DNA of 32,000 bases from Candidatus Kuenenia stuttgartensis (GTDB lineage Bacteria; Planctomycetota; Brocadiia; Brocadiales; Brocadiaceae). The stretch covers positions 1,920,001 to 1,952,000 of the forward strand of contig NZ_LT934425.1 of NCBI RefSeq assembly GCF_900232105.1, in the 5' to 3' direction. Under the pieces are notes generated by a model. It was not told the origin of the DNA, made no database searches, and was given only the letters and a program-made list of their open reading frames with translations. How positions within the stretch are numbered: position 1 is the stretch's first letter; every line of letters begins with the position of its first letter. Both the position numbers and the translations under genes were made by a program. Below, one piece after another: positions 1 to 9,109 of the stretch.

Positions 1-2
1 AA

Positions 3-1253
3 ATGATTCATATTGTTGCAAGCGACAACGCGCTCACGCAGGAGGGGAAAAAGATACTTCTTAATTACGCTGATACCCTGGGACTTAGCCAGGCAACAGC
101 TTCCGATATGATAACAACAGAAACAGACAAGATGGGGGTGAGGCAACATCAACCATCTTCTCATTCAAGGCCAATTATTGTCGTCAGACAGTCCGGCACT
201 TCTCAACAACCTGAGCTCCCAAACTATTATGCTCTTTTGGAAATAGACGCAACTGCCGGAGAGCATGAAATTCTGGAAGCATATAAAAGAAAAGTGTCTC
301 TTTGGGAAAGCCTGAGTTCAAACCCAAAATTCAGGGACTTTGCCCTGCGAAGAATAGGTACCTTGCGGGAGGCCGTTGATATACTCCTCAATCATGACCG
401 GCGAAGGAGATATGACTATGAATTATTTGGCAAAGGGAAAAAACCTGTCCGGAAAGCCTCGCAAGGAAAAAACAAAACCATAACGGCTGTCCTTGGCGGT
501 GTAGCAATGGTAACTGTGGCGGCAATGATTGCCGTTGTTTTAAACAAGGGCAAGAATTTTCCTCCGGCAATAGTTGCCCCCGAGCCGTATATTTCCAAAA
601 ACAAGGACATGCATGATGTTTTGGTGCAGGAAGATGTATCTCCATTTTATAAGGGGTGGCTGGGCGCAACAATCCAGGAGATTGACCCTGCACTGGCGGA
701 GGCTTTTGGTGTTGACATTACAGAAGGAGTCATTGTGACGGAGGCACTGGGTAACTCTCCCGCGGAATCCGCAGGACTCCGGAGCGGTGATATCATTGTT
801 GAGTTTGACGGGACGAAGTTGCGGCACGCAAATCACCTGAATTTCATGGTGGAACAAACAGGAGCAGGGAAGCATGTTGCGATGAGAATCATACGAGACC
901 GCAAAGAAATGGAGCTAAATGTGATTCTTGGCGAACGACCAACTGTACTCTATTCTGCTACGTCACCGGAAACGATACCTCCCGAAAAGAACATTGGCAT
1001 AATGGTACAAAACGTATCCGAAAATGAAAACGGGGGTGAGGGGGTATTGGTTATTGATGTGCAACCGGAAAGCGCGGCTGCAAAATATAATATAGAAAAA
1101 GGTGATATCATTACGGAAATAAATAGAAATAAAATTTCAAATGTCGCTGAATTTATAAGGGCATTGATCTCTGCTGATGCCGATGAAAAAATACTCCTGC
1201 ATATAAAGAAAAGCGATATTTCGCTTTATCTTACCATCGATCCTGCGGAATAA
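3..1253 (+). CDS. J-domain-like plus tandem PDZ-domain protein with one transmembrane segment
   Basis: 416-aa ORF. J-like stretch YALLEIDATAGEHEILEAYKRK...HDRRRRYDYELF, hydrophobic segment VLGGVAMVTVAAMIAVV, then PDZ motifs GVIVTEALGNSPAESAGLRSGDIIVEFDG and GVLVIDVQPESAAAKYNIEKGDIITEIN. The true start may lie upstream of the window. Confidence 0.75.
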   Translation: MIHIVASDNALTQEGKKILLNYADTLGLSQATASDMITTETDKMGVRQHQPSSHSRPIIVVRQSGTSQQPELPNYYALLEIDATAGEHEILEAYKRKVSLWESLSSNPKFRDFALRRIGTLREAVDILLNHDRRRRYDYELFGKGKKPVRKASQGKNKTITAVLGGVAMVTVAAMIAVVLNKGKNFPPAIVAPEPYISKNKDMHDVLVQEDVSPFYKGWLGATIQEIDPALAEAFGVDITEGVIVTEALGNSPAESAGLRSGDIIVEFDGTKLRHANHLNFMVEQTGAGKHVAMRIIRDRKEMELNVILGERPTVLYSATSPETIPPEKNIGIMVQNVSENENGGEGVLVIDVQPESAAAKYNIEKGDIITEINRNKISNVAEFIRALISADADEKILLHIKKSDISLYLTIDPAE

Positions 1254-1796
1254 TAGTATAAGGAGGATAAGAAAATTTCACAATTCTAAATTCCTACGCT
1301 GGTATATGCTCAATCAGGTTGAAACCACGGGTTTCAGCTTCCGGAAATTATCATTAATTCTGTCTGTCAAATCAGGTAAGATAGTATTTCAAGTTGAACT
1401 AAAAACTTACGGATTTTAGCTTTGAACCCAGTAAATGAATCGAATACCTTTGCTTTTGCCGAAAAGGAGTACAACGCTTGCCAGGCACGGCTCGATATCT
1501 TTTGTACCCAGAAAAGAGTGGTGTTTTAAAGCAACACAATCTTTTCTGCGATTGCCTATGTGTTCGCAAACAGGAATTGCCGGATAACGCCCCGGTTTTT
1601 CGGGTAATACGTTTTTATTTTCCATAAATAAGTCCTTTTTAAAAAAAATGGTTGTTGTTTTCGTTCCGCTTTCAGTATCATTATTGTCTCATAAGCTTCC
1701 TGTTTTTGGTATTTGAAACTCAAGCCAGAGGCCTGCGTTACTTTGCAAGATATTTCTGAATTATAGTCAAACAAATAAGGTTTTCGAAAAATTTAC

Positions 1797-1865
1797 ACCC
1801 CCCCGGCCCCTCTTTTTAGAGGGGAGATGAGAAGTCCCCTCTATCAAGAGGGGATTTAGGGGTGT
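1797..1865. repeat. Double-hairpin intergenic repeat-like element
   Basis: CCCCTCTTTTTAGAGGGG (1807..1824) followed by TCCCCTCTATCAAGAGGGGA (1835..1854), bounded by CCCC...GGGGTG. Confidence 0.6.
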
Positions 1866-1988
1866 GTTTGATAGTATGCTTAGTCAAATAAATCTATTTT
1901 TCAGAAAGCCATTTTATCGCCAAATTTCTAAAATCATATTTATTTGGCTATAACTCAATAACCATGAAAAAAGAATTTGTTCTCAATA

Positions 1989-2043
1989 CTAACACTTTGG
2001 TTATGAAAAAAAACGGCTTGTTCCCAAGCTCCGGCTTGAGAAC
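1989..2043. repeat. Dispersed palindromic element, TAACACTTTGGTT-ATGAAAAA followed by GTTCCCAAGCTCCGGCTTGAGAAC
   Basis: Resembles the block at 25222..25330 and contains an inverted repeat CAAGC-tccg-GCTTG. Confidence 0.5.
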
Positions 2044-2380
2044 GGGGTTGTTTGAGAAGCTCCGGCTTCGAATGTAAAAGGGAATGAACCCATGACAGCT
2101 TGCAGGTTTTTCAGTATGTTACCCCTGACCTTCGCAATTCTATGGCAGATAAACCGCTAAACCAGTCAATTCAGGGGAAGCACAAAATAGGTCTGCACAC
2201 TGTAAGCCATTTTGGTAAATTAACACTTAAAATCAATGGTTACATAGAGATACCTGCCAGAAAATAGCAATTTCCGGAATCGAATTGCAAAAGTCGGGTT
2301 ACCGATGATATTTGAAGACCTCTTTTGAACCAAATAATTATTGCTAAATGGAAGCAAGAGCCTCCAATGCAATTGTGTTC

Positions 2381-2398
2381 CCAAGCCGGAGCTTGGGC
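2381..2398. repeat. Perfect palindrome CCCAAGC-CGGA-GCTTGGG
   Basis: 7-bp perfect stem; same vocabulary as the elements at 2020, 21092 and 25255. Confidence 0.6.
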
Positions 2399-2487
2399 AC
2401 GAGCATTTCTGCTTTTCCAAAAATCTAAACCGTTACCAATTTAATTGTTTTTTCGAAATGAAAGAGGAATAAAAAAGGAGGCAATCT

Positions 2488-2676
2488 ATGAAGGCAAAGG
2501 TGGATCAAGATATGTGTATCGGTTGCGCTTTATGTACTCAAATCTGTCCCGAAGTTTTTAAAATGGAAGATGACAAGGCAGTAGCATATGTTGCTATTGT
2601 TCCTAAAGAGGACGAAGATGCCTGTAAAGAGGCGGCAGGTGAATGTCCTGTCACTGCGATAATAATAGAAGAATAA
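2488..2676 (+). CDS. Ferredoxin with one CxxCxxC..C 4Fe-4S motif
   Basis: MKAKVDQDMCIGCALCTQICPEVF...AAGECPVTAI; upstream ggagg. Confidence 0.92.
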   Translation: MKAKVDQDMCIGCALCTQICPEVFKMEDDKAVAYVAIVPKEDEDACKEAAGECPVTAIIIEE

Positions 2677-2796
2677 GAGAATTTAAGCAGAGGGGCGGGG
2701 AAATCTTGAAAATCAGGAACGGGCTAACGGTTGTTATTGTTGTAAAACTAAACAGGATTATTTATAGTGTGAAGTGAAGGAAGGTTTAAATTTGCC

Positions 2797-3141
2797 ATGT
2801 TTAAAATAAAACGGGTTTATGAAAAACCAGATGAAGGCGATGGGATAAGGGTATTGATTGATCGCCTATGGCCGCGGGGTCTCAAAAAAGAAGAGGCTAA
2901 AATCGACCATTGGATGAAAGAAATCAGTCCCAGTGATACGCTCCGTAAATGGTTTGCTCATAAAGAGGATCGGTGGCAGGAGTTTGAAAGCCGTTATATG
3001 AAAGAGTTGAAAGATAAAAACGACCTCTTGAAACAATTGATAGATTTGGGGAAAAAGGAAAAGGTTACTTTACTATATGCTGCCAAAGATGAGGGACGAA
3101 ATAATGCACAAGTACTTTTGGAGGTGTTGAAAAAGAAATGA
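2797..3141 (+). CDS. DUF488 family protein (YeaO-like)
   Basis: FKIKRVYEKPDEGDGIRVLIDRLWPRGLKKEEAKIDHWMKEISPSDTLRKWFAH...TLLYAAKDEGRNNAQVL is characteristic of the family. Confidence 0.9.
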   Translation: MFKIKRVYEKPDEGDGIRVLIDRLWPRGLKKEEAKIDHWMKEISPSDTLRKWFAHKEDRWQEFESRYMKELKDKNDLLKQLIDLGKKEKVTLLYAAKDEGRNNAQVLLEVLKKK

Positions 3142-3323
3142 GTTGGGATTGTCCACATCAAAAAAAAGATGAATGTGTAAGATTAAAGAAATTATGCCTG
3201 CCATTGCAGAAAGGGTGTGTGCTGGAGGGAAGGGTACAATATATAGACTATCAACCGGATAAGAGAGAAGAAGTGTCAAATATTAAATATTTTAAAAAGC
3301 TAATTCCCAAAAAAGAGGATTAA
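3138..3323 (+). CDS. Small Cys-rich protein translationally coupled to DUF488
   Basis: ATGA overlap with the upstream stop; spaced cysteines in CPHQKKDECVRLKKLCLPLQKGC. Confidence 0.65.
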   Translation: MSWDCPHQKKDECVRLKKLCLPLQKGCVLEGRVQYIDYQPDKREEVSNIKYFKKLIPKKED

Positions 3324-3327
3324 ACAC

Positions 3328-4992
3328 ATGTGCAACAAAACAAACCTGCTAAAGATTTTTAATATGTTTTTATTCCTGGGGTTGTCAGTTTTTAGCGTCG
3401 TATGTACTGAGGCTAATGAGTTACACAGAGATGACCAGGCATTGACCGGGGACTTTTCACATTTACCGAAGAAAGCTGTTGAAGTTGAAGAGCAATACCC
3501 ACCAGATGTAAAGCCAGGTCCGGTAATAACCGCTGCGAATAAAATATGCGTCGAATGCCATAAAAACCAGACGCCTGCTCTGGTAATGGAATGGGAGCGA
3601 TCACTGCATGCTCAAAAAGCGGTAGGGTGTGTTGATTGTCACAAGGCTAATGAAGGAGAAATAGACGCCTGGCAGCATATGGGAGCTTTGATTTCTACAT
3701 TAGTTACTCCCAAAGACTGCTCAAATTGCCACGCAACTGAGTATAAAGAGTTTTCCAGAAGTCATCATGCAAAAGCCGGAGAGATCTTAGATAGCCTTGA
3801 TAATGTGCTTGCAGAGAAGGTTATTGGCCTTCCGGACAATAATGCCGATGCCGTTAACGGTTGTTTGCAATGTCACGGAAGCATAATAAGATTTATGCGT
3901 AATGATGCGGGTGAAATATTGCGGGAAGGAGGAAAGCCGGTAATTGACCCTGATACATGGCCAAACAGTGGAATAGGCCGGTTAAATCCGGATGGTTCAA
4001 AAGGTTCGTGCCACGCATGCCATTCGAGACATTCATTTGAGGCAAAATTGTCCAGAGCGCCTGAAAATTGTGGTAAGTGCCACATGGGGCCCGACCATCC
4101 TCAAATGGAAATTTATAGAGAATCAAAGCATGGAATTGCATATACCGCCAATATTGATCACATGGCGCTGGATAAAGAAGGTGATTGGGTGTTGGGAAAG
4201 GATTACTCCGCAGCTCCGACGTGTACCACCTGCCATATCAGCAGCTATATGACATCGGAAGGACAGCATACCGCCAGCAACCATGATGTTGGAGAGCGAA
4301 TTAGCTGGACACTTCGGCCGGTCGTCAGTACAAAGATAAATTTGGTGATATATGAAGATGGTTTTAAAGAAGATTATCCCGATACACGGAAATTGCCTGA
4401 GATTGGTGAAAGGGTTCAGGTGACTGAAAAAATCGTGCAGGAGGAAACGTTGGTTAATAAAATCGTCTCAAAACGTGTTGATAAAATTGTAACATGGCAG
4501 GAACGGCGTGAAAAAATGAAGGGCGTGTGTAGAAATTGCCATAACCATACTCATGTCGACAATTTTTACCACCAATTCGATAGTCTTGTGAACCTCTACA
4601 ACGAAAAATTTGCGAAACCTGCACAGGCAATGATGACTGCGCTGGCTGAGGATGAAGTCTTAAATCCAAATGCACCATTTGAACATGAAGTACAATGGGT
4701 TTTCTGGGAATTGTGGCACCATGAAGGCAGAAGAGCGCGGCATGGAGCAAGCATGATGGGTCCTGATTATACTCACTGGCATGGCATGTATGAGGTGGCA
4801 AAACACTATTATATGAAGTTTTTACCTGCCGTAATTAAGGCCGCTGCCCAAAAGAGTGATGATATGAAGATAAAATACGAACAAAAAATTGAGAAATTGT
4901 TGGAACAAAAAGAACACTTGTGGATGAAGGGCCTTTCGGAAGAAGAAACAGAAGTATTAAAAGCTACCTATAAAAATCGTTATAATGAATAA
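3328..4992 (+). CDS. Octaheme cytochrome c, hydroxylamine oxidoreductase (HAO)-like, exported
   Basis: Signal-peptide-like N-terminus and exactly eight CxxCH motifs (CVECH, CVDCH, CSNCH, CLQCH, CHACH, CGKCH, CTTCH, CRNCH). C-terminal GPDYTHWHGMYEVAKHYYMKF is HAO-like. Confidence 0.9.
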   Translation: MCNKTNLLKIFNMFLFLGLSVFSVVCTEANELHRDDQALTGDFSHLPKKAVEVEEQYPPDVKPGPVITAANKICVECHKNQTPALVMEWERSLHAQKAVGCVDCHKANEGEIDAWQHMGALISTLVTPKDCSNCHATEYKEFSRSHHAKAGEILDSLDNVLAEKVIGLPDNNADAVNGCLQCHGSIIRFMRNDAGEILREGGKPVIDPDTWPNSGIGRLNPDGSKGSCHACHSRHSFEAKLSRAPENCGKCHMGPDHPQMEIYRESKHGIAYTANIDHMALDKEGDWVLGKDYSAAPTCTTCHISSYMTSEGQHTASNHDVGERISWTLRPVVSTKINLVIYEDGFKEDYPDTRKLPEIGERVQVTEKIVQEETLVNKIVSKRVDKIVTWQERREKMKGVCRNCHNHTHVDNFYHQFDSLVNLYNEKFAKPAQAMMTALAEDEVLNPNAPFEHEVQWVFWELWHHEGRRARHGASMMGPDYTHWHGMYEVAKHYYMKFLPAVIKAAAQKSDDMKIKYEQKIEKLLEQKEHLWMKGLSEEETEVLKATYKNRYNE

Positions 4993-5113
4993 AAATGTAA
5001 ATATAGTATATCTCAAAACAATAATTGGTGGAATGAGGATCACAGATATGCTTGTTGGTGATCGCCTCTCAGAAATCTGTTAATTTAATTTTAAAAGAAG
5101 AAAGGGGAAATCT

Positions 5114-5374
5114 ATGAAAGTATCTGTCTATGACACACACGTAGTGAAGAAAAACGGGCTGACAATGCATTTTGATATTATCGTCCCTGATGATCAGACA
5201 CATGAAAAGGTTCTTCAATTTGGCCTTGAATATCTAAAAAGAGTGGGACAGGAGGGACAACCACTCACAACAAAAGAATGTCGTTTCTGCCACATGGAAG
5301 AGGCGTCAGAGGATATTGAAAAGGCTATTAAAGAAAGCGGTTATTACATTTATGAAATGGAAGGATGTCATTGA
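5114..5374 (+). CDS. DUF2024 family protein
   Basis: MKVSVYDTHVVKKNGLTMHFDIIVPDDQ...KECRFCHMEEAS...GYYIYEMEGCH; RBS agaaaaggggaaa upstream. Confidence 0.8.
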   Translation: MKVSVYDTHVVKKNGLTMHFDIIVPDDQTHEKVLQFGLEYLKRVGQEGQPLTTKECRFCHMEEASEDIEKAIKESGYYIYEMEGCH

Positions 5375-5803
5375 GAAACACTCCAACCCGATTTTGATGC
5401 GAGGCTAACATGGAATTCAAAAATTTGTCGAATACTATTAAAATACCAGTGATAGGTCTTGGAACATGGACTATTGGCGGAGGAGATGAAGCAGATACCA
5501 CGTATGATAAAGAGAATATTTCTGCAATAAAAACTGCAATCAAACTTGGAATAACACACATTGATAACGCTGAAGCATATGCCCAAGGCCATTCACACGG
5601 CAACGTCAAAGTCACCCTACGAAAGACGCGGATCAAGAATTTGTGCCAAAAGCTCCCGTCAATAAGTGGAGAAGAAAGTAAAAAACGATAGAATTCCCAT
5701 ATAAATCTGCAGAAATGAGCAAAACAAGCAAAATGTAACGGGAGTATCCCTGTGGTAACGAAAGAGATAGTAAAAAAATAAAGGCTTTTTTTTGTTCTCT
5801 ACA

Positions 5804-6246
5804 TTACAAGCGAAGCATTTGAAGTGCAAGAAAAGGTCTTGCCGCAAAATTTCTGAGCGTCTTTGCAATATTTGGTACATTGAGAAAATGAAACAGCCCA
5901 ACCACAAGGTTCTTCAAAGAAGCCATTGCCCTTGGGGCATTTTGTGTGCGTATTTGAGAATGGTCTTCACGGAAGGAGGTATCACGCACATAATGAAGTC
6001 CATTTTCTATTGACCAGTGTCCGCGGGAAAACTTAAGAATGGTTTTGGGACTTGCTTTTTGTTGTGTCAGGCTGGTAATACCGTAAACAATTTCCTCGGT
6101 CTTTTTGCCGGTCTTGACTTTTGTAAATATTCTATGAATGCAAAATACCTGCTTAACGTAGGGGAAATCAAGATATTCGTTTAATTCGGTGCTGGTCCAA
6201 ATCCTGCGGATTTCAATGCGGCCATGGCCTTTTTCAATTGTTTCGT
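5804..6246 (-). pseudogene. C-terminal part of the ISAs1 transposase in the +1 frame relative to 6234..7562
   Basis: Reads PPQHETIEKGHGRIEIRRIWTSTELNEYL...FSRGHWSIENGLHYVRDTSFREDHSQIRTQNAPRAMASLKNLVVGLFHFL, the expected continuation of the family. Confidence 0.85.
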
Positions 6247-7562
6247 GCTGAGGGGGGAAAAGAACTGAGATTCAGTTCCTTGATGGCTTGTTTTATGGTT
6301 TTTTGATTATCTTTCACCGTGAATATATATTCTGCCTTTTTGTCTTCTACCAGATAACGGGCGGTTTCCTTTTGCGCATGTAAGGCATCGAAAGTAACGA
6401 CACGGTCTTTTATGTCTAAATCATCAAACAATACCGGAACCATCGGTATTTCGTTTGTTTTGCGGTCTACCTGAGTTTGTGCGAGAACTATACCCTGTTT
6501 ATGAAGAAAAGCGGCAAGCAAATGTACCTGTTTGCCGTCAGGCTGTCTTGCACCGCAAAGGGTTTTCCCGTCAACCGCAATGGGCAGGCTTTTATCACCT
6601 ACAGATTGAAACCAACGCGAGAGGACTTTATCAACTGCTTCTGCATCCACCTGCTGTAAGAAACGCCTGATGGTAGGTTCACTCGGTGGTTCGTATCGTT
6701 TCGTTTTTGCATTGTAACGGCAGGAGAGACGTTTGAGCATATTTTGCGGACAACGCTTTGCCCACTCTGCAATGGCGGCAAAGCTCCAGGCATTGCAGAT
6801 GATAGCACAGATAGAAATTGCCAGGATAGAACGTTTCCTGTGGCGAACGCCTCTGGGCATGCGATGTTCAGGGATTTGCTGCAATAATTCGTCAAGAAAT
6901 TCCGCATCTTTTAAAGATAATTTCATAGGCTTTGTCTCCTTTCTTAATTGTATGGTAAGATTAAGGTTGTTAAGTTGTTTTTGGACTTGTGCTTTCAATG
7001 AGCGAACAAAGACCATCTTTGGCTTATTGTGCAGAAGATAGCCTTGTGATGATCTGGCAAAACCGGTTGAATGTCCTAAAAAAATCCATCCTGCGGCCTT
7101 ATAGCAGACGCCTTTAAAAAAACGAGGATCGACAAAGGTCTCCACAAACCAGATTGGATGCCCATAGACCTTAGTCCAGTCTTGTGATAAGCGCTTAAGG
7201 TTAAGAGAAAGAATACGGGAGGCAAGGTTTGGTACGTGTATCTGAGGAAGGATCAGGAAACGTGAGTTGTTTGCTATGAGTTTCAGTCGTTGCGATTTTA
7301 AAAATGGCGGCCATCCAATCCACTTATCGCGAACGGTACATTTTAATGCTGCGGCAGCCCAGCCGATCAAGGCAAGCCATTGTCCCTGTGATTCCGCTAC
7401 GTAGCGAATTGATTCTCCTACGAGAGAACGAAATACAAGGTAATGATGCTGGCGCATCAGTGTGTCCCAATTTGCCTGGTCGTTTTGTGAAACAGGACGA
7501 ACGGTAATTGAATGAAGTAGTTCGTTGTGTGTGTTATCGATTGGTGTTGTATGCTGGTTCAT
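6234..7562 (-). CDS. DUF4338 (DruA-like) plus ISAs1-type transposase fusion, frameshifted before the C-terminal catalytic part
   Basis: N-terminal HHYLVFRSLVGE...LIANNSRFLILP...VYGHPIWFVETFVD..FKGVCYKAAGW, then ISAs1 features IPEHRMPRGVRHRK...AVDGKTLCGA...TFDALHAQKE...VKDNQKT. Confidence 0.85.
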   Translation of the reverse strand: MNQHTTPIDNTHNELLHSITVRPVSQNDQANWDTLMRQHHYLVFRSLVGESIRYVAESQGQWLALIGWAAAALKCTVRDKWIGWPPFLKSQRLKLIANNSRFLILPQIHVPNLASRILSLNLKRLSQDWTKVYGHPIWFVETFVDPRFFKGVCYKAAGWIFLGHSTGFARSSQGYLLHNKPKMVFVRSLKAQVQKQLNNLNLTIQLRKETKPMKLSLKDAEFLDELLQQIPEHRMPRGVRHRKRSILAISICAIICNAWSFAAIAEWAKRCPQNMLKRLSCRYNAKTKRYEPPSEPTIRRFLQQVDAEAVDKVLSRWFQSVGDKSLPIAVDGKTLCGARQPDGKQVHLLAAFLHKQGIVLAQTQVDRKTNEIPMVPVLFDDLDIKDRVVTFDALHAQKETARYLVEDKKAEYIFTVKDNQKTIKQAIKELNLSSFPPSARNN

Positions 7563-7819
7563 GCCCTATAATATAAAATATTTTAGGGGGAATGTCCACG
7601 TTTTTTTACATATCTTTGTATATTATGCGCTTATGGAAAACTTTGACAGCGCCGTGAGGCCATTCAGAAGAACTGGTTGGAAGAGCAATCGTTGGTTTAG
7701 ATAGAAAAAGCCTGTTTATCACCTCGAAAGTTTCACCGGAGCATTTAAGCTATGACAATCTTCTTGCTTCTGCAAAAGGAAGCCTGCAAAGATTAAATAC
7801 GGATTATATTGATTTATAT

Positions 7820-8335
7820 TTGATTCATGCGCCTAATCCGGATATCCCAATACAGGAAACCATGAAGGCAATGGATTTTTTAGTTGAACAGAAACTGGTT
7901 AGGTGTATTGGGGTAAGTAATTTTTCGGTTGACCAAATAAAAGAAGCGCAGAAATATACCAAAAACAAAATAGTTGCTAATCAAATTGAATACAACCTAC
8001 TCGTAAGAGACAAAGGCAGAGTTACAGAGAATATGGAATCTGAAATAATTCCCTATTGCCAGGAAAATAATATTTTCATTATCGCATGGAGACCACTTGC
8101 AAAGGGTAAGCTTGCAAAACCGGGTTTCAAAATCTTAGATGAATTAGCTGATAAGTATCATAAGACGCAGGCCCAAATTGCAATAAATTGGCTAATTTCT
8201 AAAAAGGGGATTGTTGTCATTTCGAAATCAACAAAAGTTGAACATCTTGAAAAAAACCTGGGTGCAATTGGCTGGAAATTAAGACAAGAAGATACTGATA
8301 GATTAAATAACGAATTTATTAATTCAAGGACGTAA
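7820..8335 (+). pseudogene. 3' portion of the interrupted aldo/keto reductase
   Basis: ORF-track segment; the homologous reading frame extends upstream to 7667. Confidence 0.85.
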
Positions 8336-8370
8336 ATAAATTTACAAGGTTGATTATTTTTAGAAATAAA

Positions 8371-8562
8371 GGCTTAAATTTGCCATATTTGAAATAAAAC
8401 GTGTTTATGAAAAACCGGACGAGGGTGCTGGGATAGGGTATTGATTGATCGTCTATGGCCACGGGGACTCAAGAAAGAAGATGCCGCCAAAGATTATTGA
8501 ATGAAAGAGATTGTTTCCTTTGCAGGAAGGCTGTGTGTTGAAAGGGGAAAAGTTACATTTAC
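8371..8562 (+). pseudogene. Decayed partial copy of the DUF488 / Cys-rich module of 2785..3235
   Basis: Near-identical nucleotide stretch (ttaaatttgcca..ttt.aaataaaacg.gtttatgaaaaacc.ga.ga). The start is ATA, a 1-nt loss sits at gggatagggta, and an in-frame stop follows. It then jumps to a sequence like the 3' small ORF (ttgcaggaaggctgtgtgttgaaag). Confidence 0.8.
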
Positions 8563-8609
8563 AGGCAACCAATTATATAATGCACATAAAATAAATTTAA
8601 AAAAGGGGG

Positions 8610-9101
8610 ATGATAAGGATGACAAAGTTAGATCCAATTGTAGAATTTAGAGAAGACCACCGAAAGGTAAGGGACGGATTACTTGAATTAATGGAAGCCT
8701 TGCAATCAAAGGATGTTGTTACGGCAAGGAAAATACTTGGCAAAATAAACGTGGCTGTCGGCCCACATTTTCGATATGAGGAAGAAACTCTTTATCCCGC
8801 ACTGCGGGTATTATTAGGCGAGCACGTAGACCAGTTAATAAAGGAGCATGATGGCGTAATAGCTACTGCCCGTTCTTGTGCTGAGCTATTAAAGAAGGAT
8901 AGCCTGACAGATGAAGAGGCAAAAAAGGCGACCACGGCAGCAAGGGAGCTTTTAGTCCACGTCTCAAACTGTGACGGTTTGTCCATACTTTCCGAAAGAT
9001 TGAGTAAAAAGGAAGTTGATAATTTAAGCGAGAAACTTGCTGCCGCAAGAAAGGCAGGCGTACCTTTACTGGATTGGGCAGAAACCATAAGAGGCAAATG
9101 A
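8610..9101 (+). CDS. Hemerythrin HHE cation-binding domain protein
   Basis: REDHRKVRDGLLELMEAL...GPHFRYEEETLYPAL...LIKEHDGVIA pattern of the HHE family. Confidence 0.78.
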   Translation: MIRMTKLDPIVEFREDHRKVRDGLLELMEALQSKDVVTARKILGKINVAVGPHFRYEEETLYPALRVLLGEHVDQLIKEHDGVIATARSCAELLKKDSLTDEEAKKATTAARELLVHVSNCDGLSILSERLSKKEVDNLSEKLAAARKAGVPLLDWAETIRGK

Positions 9102-9109
9102 AATAAACC

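Larger units (their letters stand above)
5596..7656 (-). mobile_element. ISAs1-family insertion sequence with fused DUF4338/DruA-like domain, about 2061 bp
   Basis: Ends CACGGCAACGTCAAAGT / complement CACGGCGCTGTCAAAGT. 10-bp direct repeats AGGCCATTCA at 5586..5595 and 7657..7666. Confidence 0.92.
5410..8335 (+). pseudogene. Aldo/keto reductase gene interrupted by an IS (exonic parts 5410..5595 and 7667..8335)
   Basis: ...GITHIDNAEAYAQGHS | IS | EELVGRAIVGLDRKSLFITSKVSPEHL...LYLIHAPNPDIPIQETMKAMD. Removing the IS plus one target duplication restores one 284-aa ORF in frame. Confidence 0.93.

Noticed and set aside
540-875. 111-aa minus-strand ORF within the PDZ gene
   Set aside because: Antisense to a convincing coding region; no supported motifs.
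4454-4801. 115-aa minus-strand ORF
   Set aside because: Antisense to the octaheme cytochrome; Cys/His/Pro-rich composition mirrors the sense codons.
6733-7041. 102-aa plus-strand ORF inside the IS
   Set aside because: Antisense to the DUF4338-transposase ORF; no independent signal.
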